64,000 bases of DNA from an uncultured delta proteobacterium (GTDB lineage: Bacteria > Myxococcota_A > Polyangia > Polyangiales > Polyangiaceae): contig CAVOKF010000008.1 of assembly GCA_963696385.1 (NCBI GenBank), positions 32,001 through 96,000 of the forward strand, written 5' to 3'. Each line of letters opens with the position of its first letter. Within the stretch, counting starts at the first letter, position 1. This document shows positions 1-10,302 of this stretch, in pieces. Both the position numbers and the translations under genes were made by a program. Below the pieces are notes generated by a model. The model searched no databases. It worked only from the letters and a program-made list of their open reading frames with translations, and was not told the origin of the DNA.

Positions 1-356
1 CGCAGCGGGTGCGCGCGAAGGTCATGGCGGGCGAACTCACCGAGGGTCACGCTCGTGCGCTTCTCGGCGCCAACGACGCCGCATCCATGGATCAACTCGC
101 GGAGCGAGTCATCCGTGGTGGCCTCAGCGTGCGCGCCACCGAGGCGCTCGTGCGGGAGAGGGTGCGTCGAAAGAAGGCCGCCACCGACGAGCAGCCGAAC
201 GGCACCAAGAGCGCCAGCGTGCGCGATTTGGAACAACGGCTGACGCGAGCGCTCGGTACGAAGGTCGACATACGCGATCGCGGAAACAAGGGGGAAATTG
301 CGATTGCTTACGCCAACCTCGACACACTCGACCGTATGCTCGAAAAACTTCTTTGA
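1..356 (+). CDS. parB: ParB/Spo0J chromosome partitioning protein, C-terminal part (5' end outside window)
   Basis: GELTEGHARALL, GLSVRATEALV and C-terminal LEQRLTRALGTKVDI...KGEIAIAY dimerisation segment. Confidence 0.9.
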   Translation, partial: QRVRAKVMAGELTEGHARALLGANDAASMDQLAERVIRGGLSVRATEALVRERVRRKKAATDEQPNGTKSASVRDLEQRLTRALGTKVDIRDRGNKGEIAIAYANLDTLDRMLEKLL

Positions 357-528
357 CCGCTTCTTTGTAGCCCGGCGCCTCTTCGCCAACCTTGCGATGT
401 GAAATTGTGGCCGGCGTCGATTCACCGAAGGCCGATGCCATCGATCTCGCTCTCGCTGGAAAGGCCAAACCGTGTGTGGCGCGACGATTCACCTGAGGTG
501 GATGGCATCGATCTAGCTGGGGGGCCAT

Positions 529-680
529 GCGGCCGAGTCCCCGAGCCGCTTCGGCCGCCTTCAGCCCCTTTACGATTGGACGCGCGGCTGAGTCCCCGAG
601 CCGCTTCGGCCGCCTTCAGCCGCTTTACGATCGGACGCGCGGCCGAGTCCCCGAGCCGCTTCGGCGGGCGCCTTCAGCCG
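529..680. repeat. 55-bp tandem repeat, ~2.8 copies, overlapping the folD stop
   Basis: Units start at 529, 584 and 639 (gcggccgagtccccgagccgcttcggccgccttcagcc...); cggccga/tcggccg hairpin (one mismatch in the second and third copies). Confidence 0.9.
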
Positions 681-1552
681 TGGCGCTCCTCGCGTCTCGA
701 CGCGGCCTCCAGCGTGTTGGCCAGCAGCATCGCGATGGTCATCGGCCCGACTCCCCCCGGAACCGGAGTGATGTATCCCGCGACCTCTTTGGCCTCGTCA
801 AACGCCACATCCCCCCAGAGTTTGGTCTTGCCGTCCGGAAGCGAGACGCGCGTCGTTCCCACGTCGATCACCACCGCGCCCGGCTTGATCCAGTCGCCGC
901 GAATCATTCGGGCCTTTCCCGCCGCGGCGACGAGCACGTCGGCCCTGCGGCAAAGGTCGGGGAGATCGCGCGTGCGCGAGTGGGCAAGCGTGACCGTGGC
1001 ACTTTCGCGAAGAAGAAGCTGCGCCATCGGCTTGCCTACCGTGTTGCTGCGACCCACGACGACCGCGTTTGCGCCTTCGAGCTGGATGCCGGACAGCGCG
1101 ATGAGCCGCATGCAGCCCGAGGGCGTGCAAGCTACGAGCGCTCCGGGGCGCCCAAGCCCGAGTAGCCCGACGTTGACCGGATGGAATCCGTCGACGTCCT
1201 TCGAAGCGTCGATCCGATCGAGAACGCGGTGCGGATCGATGTGCTTCGGCAAGGGCATCTGCACGAGAATGCCGTCGACCCCTGGATCGGCGTTGAGCTC
1301 GCGCACACGCGCCACGAGCTCGTCCTCGAGAGTGGCGCCGCTCAGCGCGAGCAGCCTTCCGTGAATGCCCACGTCGCTCGATGCACGCTCCTTGCTGCGC
1401 GTGTACAGGACACTCGCCGGATCCTCTCCGACCAAGACGACATCGAGCCCCGGCGCCCGGCCGAATCGGCGCCGAAACGCCTCGACACCGGTGCGCACCT
1501 CCGCCCGCACGATCTCCGCGAGCGCCTTGCCATCGAGGATGCGTGCCGTCAT
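674..1552 (-). CDS. folD: Bifunctional methylenetetrahydrofolate dehydrogenase/cyclohydrolase
   Basis: [55 protein letters not shown]. Confidence 0.97.
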   Translation of the reverse strand: MTARILDGKALAEIVRAEVRTGVEAFRRRFGRAPGLDVVLVGEDPASVLYTRSKERASSDVGIHGRLLALSGATLEDELVARVRELNADPGVDGILVQMPLPKHIDPHRVLDRIDASKDVDGFHPVNVGLLGLGRPGALVACTPSGCMRLIALSGIQLEGANAVVVGRSNTVGKPMAQLLLRESATVTLAHSRTRDLPDLCRRADVLVAAAGKARMIRGDWIKPGAVVIDVGTTRVSLPDGKTKLWGDVAFDEAKEVAGYITPVPGGVGPMTIAMLLANTLEAASRREERHG

Positions 1553-1567
1553 ACGCGACGCGCGAGC

Positions 1568-2527
1568 TTACCGCGCGGCAGCGCTGCCGTCATGGACACT
1601 CGTTGGCCTGCGCGCCGCACCCCGCCCGCGCCCGAGGTGAATCGCGAGCGCACACGCCAAAAGCACGAGCCCCAGCCATTGCGAGGTCGACAGACCGAAC
1701 ATACTGCCTCGGTCGTCTCTTCGCAGCACCTCGAGCGCACATCGAGCGACGGCGTAGAGCGCGATCGACACGGCGAAGACTTGCCCGTCGTAGCGCTTTC
1801 GCGGATGAACCACGATGAGACAAATGCCGGCGATGAGCAGCGACGTCGCCGACTCGTACACTTGAGTCGGATGCACCGGCAAGCTCCACATCTGTGCGGC
1901 GGGGAGCAAATGCGCCTTGAACTGCTCCTCGCTGGCTGCGCTCCTCGTCGGGAACGATATGGCCCACGGGAGGTTGCATGTGGCTCCGAAACAGCAGCCG
2001 GCCATCAGGCATCCCATGCGGCCGAAGGCGAGACCCAGCGGAATCGCGAATCCAGCCATGTCCGCAGCCTTCCAGAAGGGGAAGCGATCCCGCTTGAGCA
2101 GCAGCCACGCGGCTGCGAAGGCGCCTATCAGTCCTCCGTAATAGGTCAATCCGCCCGCCCAGAACTTCGCCCAGGCCAAGCAGTCGGCGACTCTCGGGTG
2201 ACAGATGCCCTTGGCGGCGTCCCAGATGCCGCCGTACTCGGTCGAGAGGCACTCTGCCCGCGCGAGCGGCCAGTCGACGCGCGATGGGTCGGTGCAAAGG
2301 TGCACGTAGTCCCAGAAGTAGCCATCCGCCAGAACATGGAGAACGCGAGCCCCGGCCACGCCGGCCAGAAGCATGGCAAGCCCGAGGTCGACAATGACAT
2401 CCGGATTTTCGCCGATGCGACGCGCCCAAAGGACTCCAAGCGCCGTTGCGAAAAGAAACGCAGACAGCAGGAAAACGAAATACGACGGGAACGAAGTCCC
2501 GAGCAGATGAAAGAGATCGGGGTGCAC
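1568..2527 (-). CDS. lgt: Prolipoprotein diacylglyceryl transferase
   Basis: GGLTYYGG, GRMGCLMAGCCFG, HPTQVYES, multiple TM helices; next to lspA; GTG start at 2527 inferred. Confidence 0.9.
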   Translation of the reverse strand: MHPDLFHLLGTSFPSYFVFLLSAFLFATALGVLWARRIGENPDVIVDLGLAMLLAGVAGARVLHVLADGYFWDYVHLCTDPSRVDWPLARAECLSTEYGGIWDAAKGICHPRVADCLAWAKFWAGGLTYYGGLIGAFAAAWLLLKRDRFPFWKAADMAGFAIPLGLAFGRMGCLMAGCCFGATCNLPWAISFPTRSAASEEQFKAHLLPAAQMWSLPVHPTQVYESATSLLIAGICLIVVHPRKRYDGQVFAVSIALYAVARCALEVLRRDDRGSMFGLSTSQWLGLVLLACALAIHLGRGRGAARRPTSVHDGSAAAR

Positions 2528-2567
2528 GACGACTCGTACCTTCGGAGAGTACCCGATCGTCGCCGAC

Positions 2568-3314
2568 TCAGCGGTCCGGAGCCGGTGACTCGGCCGAGTC
2601 GCTTGGCGCCTCCCAATCTGGGACGGGTTCGCCGGATTGGGCGGGCGGTGCCGTCGAGATGCGCACCAAAGGCGGTCGCCCACGCTTGCTCGTAAACATA
2701 TCGAGTGCCATCAGGCCGACGCCGACGCAGATCGCGATATCGGCCACGTTGAAGGTGGGCCAGTGATGTTCAACGCCTTTCAACGTTACGTGAACGTCGA
2801 TGAAGTCGATGACATGACCATACCGAATACGATCGAGCACGTTTCCGAGCGCTCCCCCGAGCACGAGCGGAAGGCCCCATTTGAGCGCCAGCTGGTGAGC
2901 GTGGAGGCGGCGATAAAGCGTCATGATGAACGCGATCGCTGCGACCGATACAAGAAGGAAAAACGGGCGGCGGACGTTCTCGCTCGTGGTCTGCAGCAAC
3001 CCCCACGCGCCCCCACGATTTCGAGCCAGCACCAGGGTTACGTACTTCGGCCAAACCTCGACCAAGCCCGGATAGCTGTCGAGATGAGTGGCCGCCCAAC
3101 CCTTCGTCATGACGTCGAGCAGTACCGTTATCGTCGAAACGACCGCCAAAAAAACATACGAAGGATTATTTCGGCCATAGTCCGCCACGGAGCGGGCCGC
3201 TCCAATCGGGACACCCAGACGCCCGCCGTCCCCTTCGTTGGCCGGAGTCGGAACGCCATCCACGGCCGAGCCCTCGGGCGCCTGTGCCGTCGCGCTCTGC
3301 GTGGATTCCGTCAC
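2568..3314 (-). CDS. lspA: Lipoprotein signal peptidase II
   Basis: NRGGAWG, GGALGNVLDRIRYGHVIDFI, WPTFNVADIAI. Confidence 0.95.
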   Translation of the reverse strand: MTESTQSATAQAPEGSAVDGVPTPANEGDGGRLGVPIGAARSVADYGRNNPSYVFLAVVSTITVLLDVMTKGWAATHLDSYPGLVEVWPKYVTLVLARNRGGAWGLLQTTSENVRRPFFLLVSVAAIAFIMTLYRRLHAHQLALKWGLPLVLGGALGNVLDRIRYGHVIDFIDVHVTLKGVEHHWPTFNVADIAICVGVGLMALDMFTSKRGRPPLVRISTAPPAQSGEPVPDWEAPSDSAESPAPDR

Positions 3315-3414
3315 GATGGTTCGGGCGATCTAGTGGATTGTCGGTGCAAGCGGAAGCCCCGCGTGCCGCCCACGCGCTTGCGGCGATAGTATACATCCGT
3401 TTAGCATCGCTTGC

Positions 3415-5802
3415 ATGTCTTTGCCACCCTGGGTGACTGAACGGGGCATCGACGCCACCCTCGCGCGCTGGCGCGCGAGCGCGTGGGTCAAGCCCTGCTT
3501 CTGTGCGGACGAGACCCTCCAGGAGAGCGATGGCCGTTACGCCGCTTTGCCCGAAGGGCTGCCTTCCGAGATCGGTCGTGCGCTGCGAGCACGCGGAATC
3601 GATCGCTTGTACGCGCACCAGGCCGAGGCGATTCAGGCCGCCCTTTCCGGGCGGCACGTGGCGATCGCCACGCCTACGGCGAGCGGAAAGAGTCTCTGCT
3701 TTCATGTGCCGGTTATCGCTCGACTGTGTCAAGTCCCCGACGCACGCGCGCTGTATCTGTATCCGACCAAAGCGCTCGCGCGCGATCAAGAGGCCGGACT
3801 GCTCGACCTGATGAAAGCCGCTGGACTCGGATCGGGGGTCGTCGTCTACGACGGAGACACTCCGGCCGACGCGCGACGCGCCGCCCGCGAACGGGCACGA
3901 ATCGTCCTGACGAATCCGGACATGTTGCACACGGGCATTCTGCCGCATCATACGAGCTGGGCGACGACGTTCAGCAACCTTCGTTACATCGTCATTGACG
4001 AACTGCACACGTACAAGGGTGTGTTCGGGTCCCACGTTGCAAACGTGTTGCGGCGCCTTTTGCGCGTCGCTCAATTTCACGGTTCTCGTCCGTGCCTTCT
4101 CGGAGCCACCGCGACCATCGGTAACCCTCGAGCGCATGCGGCTCGCTTGTTCGGAGTTTCCGAAGACGAAATCGATCTCGTCGATCGCAGCGGAGCCCCG
4201 CGCGGGGAGCGCCGCTTCTTTCTATTCAACCCACCGGTCGTGAACGACGAGCTCGGGATTCGTGCGAGCTACGTCAAGCAAGCCGTCATGCTCGCCGCAG
4301 ACCTCGTTCGCGCCCGAGTCCCTACGCTCATTTTTGGTCATTCGCGAAACTCGGTCGAAGTGATGCTCCGCTATCTTCGAGATGCCGTCGCGACGGACGC
4401 GACGCGGACGGACAAGGGGGCAGGCATCGAGGCGTCGCAGATCGTGGCGTACCGCGGCGGGTACCTGCCGGCTCAGCGCCGCGAGGTCGAGCGACGCTTG
4501 CGCGAAGGCGAGATTCTCGGCGTCGTTGCAACCAACGCCCTGGAACTCGGGATCGACATCGGCGAACTCGACGCCGTCGTGTGCGCGGGCTACCCGGGTT
4601 CGATCGCGGCGACATGGCAGCGCTTCGGCCGAGCCGGACGACGCGGAGCCGAGAGCGTCTGCATCCTCGTCGCATCGAACGCGCCGGTCGATCAATATCT
4701 CGCTCGCGAACCGAGTTTCCTATGGGGCGCGCCCATCGAGGAAGCGCGCATCGACCCGGACAACGTCGAAGTCCTGGTTCAGCATGTCAAGTGCGCGGCG
4801 TTCGAGCTTCCCTTCCGGCGTGGAGAATGCTTCGGTTCGCTCGGATCCGATGAAACCGCGGACGCGCTTTCGTTTCTCACTCGCCACCGCGTGCTTCACG
4901 AATCCGGCGATGCCTTTCACTGGGCCACCGACGCGTATCCGGCCAATGACGTTTCACTTCGGAGCGTCGGATGGGACAACGTCGTCATCATCGACGTCGA
5001 ACGCGACCAGTCGATCGGCGAACTCGATTGGCGATCCGCCCACACGATGCTGCACGAGCAGGCGATTTATCAACACGGCGCGGAATGCTGGCAGGTCGAA
5101 CGCTTCGACCACGACAACCACAAGGCGTTCGTTCGCCGCGTCGAGTCCGACTACTGGACGGAGGCGATGACGTACGCCCAAGTGTCGGTCATCGAGACGA
5201 ACGCGGACGGACCCTTGGTCGATGAAGACCCGATTTGGACGGCGGGATGGGGAGATGTCAGCGTCGTGGAAAAGGTCGTCGGCTACAAGAAGATCCAGTT
5301 TTTTACACACGAGAACACTGGGTACGGCGATGTCCGTCTTCCTGAAATGCAAATGCACACGACGGCATTCTGGCTCACGGTGCCCGAGAAGGCGACGCTG
5401 CCCTCGCCCGCCCAAGTGATCATGGGGTTACGTGGGGTCGGCGCCGCCTTGCAGACCGCGGCGACGGTCGCTCTCATGTGCGATCCGCGCGACCTCGGGG
5501 TCACGCTCGGTGAGGCCGGCCCGGTGGCACCACCCAGAAAGGACTCAGGCCGCCCCACGCCGGGCTACCGTCCAACCTTGTTCGTCTACGAACACGTGCC
5601 GGGAGGGACCGGACTGGCCGCGCGGATCTGGGAGGTGCGGAGCGCGCTCCTGACGCGAGCGTTCCGGCTCATCGAACGCTGTCCCTGCCCGCAGGGCTGC
5701 CCGGCCTGCGTGGGTCCTGGGGATCCCTCGCGAAAGGCGGTGGCGCTGGATCTCCTCCGGATCCTTGCGCCTTTCAGGAACGTGCCGGCTCGACTCAGCT
5801 GA
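3415..5802 (+). CDS. DEAH-box SF2 helicase with C-terminal DUF1998 Zn-binding domain (MrfA/SftH/Hrq1-like DNA-repair helicase)
   Basis: Walker A TPTASGKS, DELH, ATNALELGIDIG, QRFGRAGR, CDPRD and CPCPQGCPAC. Confidence 0.92.
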   Translation: MSLPPWVTERGIDATLARWRASAWVKPCFCADETLQESDGRYAALPEGLPSEIGRALRARGIDRLYAHQAEAIQAALSGRHVAIATPTASGKSLCFHVPVIARLCQVPDARALYLYPTKALARDQEAGLLDLMKAAGLGSGVVVYDGDTPADARRAARERARIVLTNPDMLHTGILPHHTSWATTFSNLRYIVIDELHTYKGVFGSHVANVLRRLLRVAQFHGSRPCLLGATATIGNPRAHAARLFGVSEDEIDLVDRSGAPRGERRFFLFNPPVVNDELGIRASYVKQAVMLAADLVRARVPTLIFGHSRNSVEVMLRYLRDAVATDATRTDKGAGIEASQIVAYRGGYLPAQRREVERRLREGEILGVVATNALELGIDIGELDAVVCAGYPGSIAATWQRFGRAGRRGAESVCILVASNAPVDQYLAREPSFLWGAPIEEARIDPDNVEVLVQHVKCAAFELPFRRGECFGSLGSDETADALSFLTRHRVLHESGDAFHWATDAYPANDVSLRSVGWDNVVIIDVERDQSIGELDWRSAHTMLHEQAIYQHGAECWQVERFDHDNHKAFVRRVESDYWTEAMTYAQVSVIETNADGPLVDEDPIWTAGWGDVSVVEKVVGYKKIQFFTHENTGYGDVRLPEMQMHTTAFWLTVPEKATLPSPAQVIMGLRGVGAALQTAATVALMCDPRDLGVTLGEAGPVAPPRKDSGRPTPGYRPTLFVYEHVPGGTGLAARIWEVRSALLTRAFRLIERCPCPQGCPACVGPGDPSRKAVALDLLRILAPFRNVPARLS

Positions 5803-6178
5803 CGGCCGTCCCCGCATCGCCGTTCGAGGCGCACGCGGGCGAACGGCTCACTTCCCCCCGAAGCCCCTCAGGCACGGCAAGACCGAACGCCTGCATCCAC
5901 TCGGCGGCGACCCAGAGTGGGCCCACGAGCAGGTAGTAGGGGTCGCCGTAGAACGCGGGCTTGTTTCCTTCGAAAACGTAATGACCCACGTACTGGAGCG
6001 CCCAACCTCCCACGAACAGGCCCGCGGCCGCCTTCGTGTGCACGAACGCCATCGGGAGCGCCGCCACAATCATCGGAATACCAATCATGTGGGTCAGTTT
6101 GGTCCCTAGATGCTTGTGCTCGCTCTCGTAAAGCGCGATGTATTGGCGTAACGTGTGTTTGGGACGCGGGAATTTCAT
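5795..6178 (-). CDS. DUF962/Mpo1-like small membrane protein
   Basis: YESEH...THMIGIP, GWALQYVGHYVFEGNKPAF; ATG at 6178. Confidence 0.85.
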   Translation of the reverse strand: MKFPRPKHTLRQYIALYESEHKHLGTKLTHMIGIPMIVAALPMAFVHTKAAAGLFVGGWALQYVGHYVFEGNKPAFYGDPYYLLVGPLWVAAEWMQAFGLAVPEGLRGEVSRSPACASNGDAGTAVS

Positions 6179-6193
6179 GGCCGATGAGCGTAA

Positions 6194-6497
6194 GACGTGC
6201 CGCGCGCCGCGCCAAGATGCCCGGAGCGCCGGCTCGTCCGCGTCAGCGCCATCCGCGGCCATGGGGTACGACGTACCGCGCGCCGCGCCAAGATGCCCGG
6301 AGCGCCGGCTCGTCCGCGTCAGCGCCATCCGCGGCCATGGGGTACGACGTGCCGCGCGCCGCGCCAAGATGCCCGGAGCGCCGGCTCGTCCGCGTCAGCG
6401 CCATCCGCGGCCATGGGGTACGACGTGCCGCGCGTCGCGCCAAGATGCCCGGAGCGCCGGCTCGTCCGCGTCAGCGCGATCCGCGAGTCGCGGCCAT
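6194..6497. repeat. 76-bp tandem repeat, ~3.8 copies
   Basis: Near-identical units start at 6194, 6270, 6346 and 6422; last copy merges into the stop and final codons of the upstream minus-strand gene. Confidence 0.95.
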
Positions 6498-8349
6498 GGG
6501 AATGGGGCCGATCGGCCATTCGGTCAAAAGAGGCGATCGGGCTCTGGGACCGGCTTGGCGAACGACGCGCGCGCACTGCTGCAGCGGAATGCGCCGCGGG
6601 CCGAATGGAGACGAATCTGCGGCATCGGAATCCATGAGAAGCGTGGGAGTGTCGATGCCGTAGTCGTCCGGGTGCCCGGGCAAATTCATCAGGACGTGCC
6701 CGAGTTCGTGGGCCAAGGTCAAACTGCTATGGGCCGCTCGGATGCCGGCTCGAATCCAACAGAACGACGTTGCGCAGGCTCGATAGGTCGCTTTCGATGA
6801 ACGACTCTCCAATGCGTCCTCCTCCAGCGAACAGCGGCACGACGACGACCTCGATCGTAGCGGGGTCGCCATCGTCGAGTGCCTTGAGCAACGTCCGCTC
6901 TTCCAATGTCCCGGCCATCGCGTCCATGTCCGTGAAATGCTGCAGGCCGTCGGAGAGATCGACCGAACCGATACGAACCGTCAACGTGCGGTCCGTCGAC
7001 AGGGGCACGCCCGGTGACACGTCCGCCGCGACCAGCACCCCATCCTTGCGTCGCAAGGAGACGTCGACGCTGGGTCCTATTCCGGGCGCGACGGTCGCAT
7101 TGACCGACACCTGCGCCGAAAGACCCACGCGCTCGGCCGCGCGAGCCAAGTCGCTCGCAACGGCGTCGGTGGTTTCAGAGGGCACGGTGCGAACCGCGAT
7201 CGACTTGCCGTCGGCTCGAAAGCGAATCTCGCCCCCACTCGCAGGCAGTCCGAGGTCATCGCCAATCGCGATCAAATGGGAGGGCGGGGGGTCGACGACC
7301 TTGACGTCGAGCAGCCGTGGATCACCGAACGTGAGTCCGCACTGGCCCCAAACGCCCGATGCGACCCCAATCTCGGCTCTCAGGGCTTGCACGGCACCGG
7401 CGTCCGTTCCCCCAATCGCAGGGGCGCCGCCCGGACTGATCCGCACGACGAAAGGACGCAACGCGGCTCGCAATCGCCCGATGGGGCCGACCGGCGAGCC
7501 GCGCGGGCCAAGCACCCGAATCATCTGCGCCTTTCTTCCGTCAGCCCGAAATACGACGGCACCGCCGACCTGCGCCTCGACGCTTCGACCGGCCGCGACT
7601 GGGTGATTGCGGTCGACGTCGTCCGTGACGAGCCGCAGCGGCAGGCTTGCCCAGCAGTGGACGCGCGCGCTTGCGACCGGGCATTGCCACTGTGTGACGG
7701 CGAGCGGGGGCAGTTCATCGATCCGCGTGCCGAGCGACGTCACGGACTCGGCCGCAATCTCTCGATCGCCGTTCGGCCACGCACCGTTGTCGGGAAGCTC
7801 GAGGACGACGCGAAGGGCGTCGGGGTCGTCGTATTTCTCGGGACTGCCCGAGACCAGCCGCTCCGGAGGATCGCGTTCGAGGGAAGCATGCGACCGCGCC
7901 ATGTCGACGCGCCGCCCCTCGCCGTCCCGCATCTCGATTCCGCGCACCTCGAGGATTACCTGAACGACCGCACCGCGTGCGGTCGCGGTCAGCTCGACGG
8001 TGCCCGGCGACAAGCCCTCGAACCATCCTGCGGACGGCAAAGAGGGACCCCATGGCGCCGGTACGCCGGCGGCCGTCACGACTCTCGCGTGCTCTGCACC
8101 CGATCGCATCTCCACGCGGGCGCCGGCGACGCGCGGGTCAATCGGCACGAAATCCACATAGGTAGGGGGCGGCAGGACGCTCTGCTCGCCGTCGGGGACA
8201 CCGTCGGCGTCGTCGTCGTCTCGATCCGCCCAGAGAGCGATTCGAAGTGTCGGGCCTTCCGCGACCGCGCCGGCAGAAGGTCCCGTCGACACGAGGCCGC
8301 CGACGAGACCGAACGCCGCCGTTATTCGAGCCAGCCCCACTGAATCCAT
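6471..8349 (-). CDS. Putative secreted zinc metallopeptidase-like protein, split by an apparent +1 frameshift at ~6753
   Basis: Signal-like N-terminus and acidic ADRDDDDADGVPDGE motif; removing one A at 6753/6754 joins NVVLLD to RAGIRAA...TLAHELGHVLMNLPGH (HExxH). Confidence 0.65.
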
Positions 8350-9713
8350 CGAAATTCGGTTTCCCCGAGCAACGTCTCGGTCGACGGACCGGTTCTCGCC
8401 GCCGCGCGGATGAGCGCTCCCCACGCGACGTTGCCGATGACTCGGGACTCGATGAACGCCTCGGCCAATTCAAGCGAGCGTGCACGGGTTGCGACCCCAC
8501 TCGGGTCGGCTGCAGGTGAGGCATCCCACAGCGCGGCGGCTGCGAGACCACGGAGGTCCTCGCGTTTCGCGCTGGCCGCCGCTTCGGCGAGAGCCGCCCG
8601 CAAATCGTCCCTCACCCGGTCCCGCGCCAAATGAAGCGCTGCCCGGATGCTGGTCTCGTCGGGCAGCGGCAATACGCGGACGAAGGTCTCGAGCATGGAT
8701 CGCGCCGCGGGCGCGCCCGTACGTGCCATTCGGAAAAGGAATGTCGTGTCTCGATCGGCGCTCGGCCGGTCGGAAAGCCGCGCAACGAGCTCGAGTGTGG
8801 GCCTCGTGGTGGGATGGGGCGGAGCGACCGTCCCCCGCACTGCCGCATCCGCTTCGCGAAGGGCCCACTCCACAAGCGACCACGCCGCGCGCGAACTGAC
8901 CGGACCGGAATGCGCGCGGGATTCGGCTTCTTGGATGGGGCCCGGGTCGCCGGCCTTGACCGCAACCTCGGCGAGCACGAGCCACCGACCCAGGTGTCGC
9001 TCCGCCCCGCGCAACACGGCGAGGGCCGGGCCCACCTGTCTGGCGAGCGGCATCGCCCGAGCGAGCGGCACAAAAAGCTCCGTGCACATCGAGATGCGAT
9101 GACTCTCCTTGATCATGGGAGCGAGTTGGGCGAGCAATGCCCCGTTCGACTCGCCTCGCGCAACTCGGGCGAGTTCGGCGCCAAAGGCGAGATGCGCCTG
9201 GCGGCTCGCAGCGATCTTGGCAAGCAACGTCGCGAGTTCGGGATCTTGCGAGAAACACGCGGCGCTCAACGCGGCGGCACCGCCCGCCTCGTCGCTTGCC
9301 AGCGCCCGCCGCAGCAGCGCGGCAGCTTGTCGATCTTGCGCTTCGGCGAGCGCACGGAGTCCACACGCATAGAGCTCCCGCTGTAGCGCGCCGCGCCGCA
9401 AGAGCACCGCCGTGGCTTCGCCGAGCGATGCCCGCAAGGCGGGACTCAACGGTGCAACCGCGCGAACGGCGCCGGCGAGCTTGGCCTCACTCGCTGGCCT
9501 GCGCTTCAAAGCCGCATCCACTTCGCCCTCGAGCCGCGTGCGGGTCGCTTTGTCGAGAATCTCCGCTCGCGCGATAGGGGGACGAACCGACGCCGAGAGC
9601 GACTCGGCGCGCTGCGTCGTCTTGGCGAGGGGCGGGACGGCGGGGGCTCGCCCCCATGCCACTGGCCCCTCCCTTCGGAGGGCGCCTTCCGCTCGGACCC
9701 GCTTTGCCTTCAT
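8322..9713 (-). CDS. Hypothetical Ala/Leu/Arg-rich helical (HEAT-like) protein
   Basis: Long ORF; GGGGGA upstream of ATG 9713; the upstream ORF extension runs through the repeat array and was discounted. Confidence 0.65.
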   Translation of the reverse strand: MKAKRVRAEGALRREGPVAWGRAPAVPPLAKTTQRAESLSASVRPPIARAEILDKATRTRLEGEVDAALKRRPASEAKLAGAVRAVAPLSPALRASLGEATAVLLRRGALQRELYACGLRALAEAQDRQAAALLRRALASDEAGGAAALSAACFSQDPELATLLAKIAASRQAHLAFGAELARVARGESNGALLAQLAPMIKESHRISMCTELFVPLARAMPLARQVGPALAVLRGAERHLGRWLVLAEVAVKAGDPGPIQEAESRAHSGPVSSRAAWSLVEWALREADAAVRGTVAPPHPTTRPTLELVARLSDRPSADRDTTFLFRMARTGAPAARSMLETFVRVLPLPDETSIRAALHLARDRVRDDLRAALAEAAASAKREDLRGLAAAALWDASPAADPSGVATRARSLELAEAFIESRVIGNVAWGALIRAAARTGPSTETLLGETEFRWIQWGWLE

Positions 9714-9817
9714 CGAATGCGTTCCCCCGTCCTGGGCGCGCGCGCCCGCAGGCTGGACCATATCAGAGGCACGGCGCGACTCGACGACGATCGTCCTAGA
9801 AAAAATGTCCGCGGCAC

Positions 9818-10176
9818 GACCCCACGCCACGACCCCACGCCACGACCCCGCGTCCACGATTCCGCGCCACGGCTTCGCGTCACGATAGATTCCGCGCCAC
9901 GATCCCGGGCCACGGCTTCGCGTCACGATAGATTCCGCGCCACGACCCCGGGCCACGGCTTCGCGTCACGATTCCGCGCCACGATTCCGGGCCACGGCTT
10001 CGCGCCACGATTCCGCGCCACGATTCCGGGCCACGGCTTCGCGTCACGATAGATTCCGCACCACAATTCCGCGCCACGGCTTCGCGTCACGATAGATTCC
10101 GAGCCACAATTCCGGGCCACGGCTTCGTGTCACGATAGATTCGGCGTCACGATTCCGGGCCACGGCTTCGCGCCAC
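9818..10176. repeat. 13-bp satellite (26 monomers) with a 39/43-bp higher-order unit
   Basis: Monomers gattccgcgccac / gattccgggccac / ggcttcgcgtcac in seven trimers, five preceded by gata. Confidence 0.95.
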
Positions 10177-10181
10177 GACTT

Positions 10182-10229
10182 ATCGCCGGGAGGCGATTGG
10201 GGGTCGGGGCCGAGGCCCCAAGGAAATCA
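10182..10229. repeat. REP-like palindromic element, copy 1
   Basis: atcgcc-ggga-ggcgat hairpin, then ggggccgaggcccc hairpin and aaggaaatca; second copy at 52021. Confidence 0.75.
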
Positions 10230-10302
10230 CTTTAAGTACGGCGGCAACCTGCAAAGCGAGCATGCCCTCGCGAAGCTGGGTACCGTTCAAGGGGGCGCTG
10301 CA

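Noticed and set aside
124..528. Minus-strand ORF with EEAPGYKE resembling an RtcB C-terminal motif
   Set aside because: Only a few residues match, and it overlaps parB antisense
1..700. parS site near parB
   Set aside because: No TGTTTCACGTGAAACA-like palindrome seen
3415..5802. DISARM/Druantia defence system based on the DUF1998 helicase
   Set aside because: Single fused MrfA-like helicase among housekeeping genes, with no methylase or other defence partners
9818..10176. CRISPR array (also considered for 529-680, 6194-6497 and 53265-53419)
   Set aside because: Units are contiguous with no unique spacers, and there are no cas genes in the window
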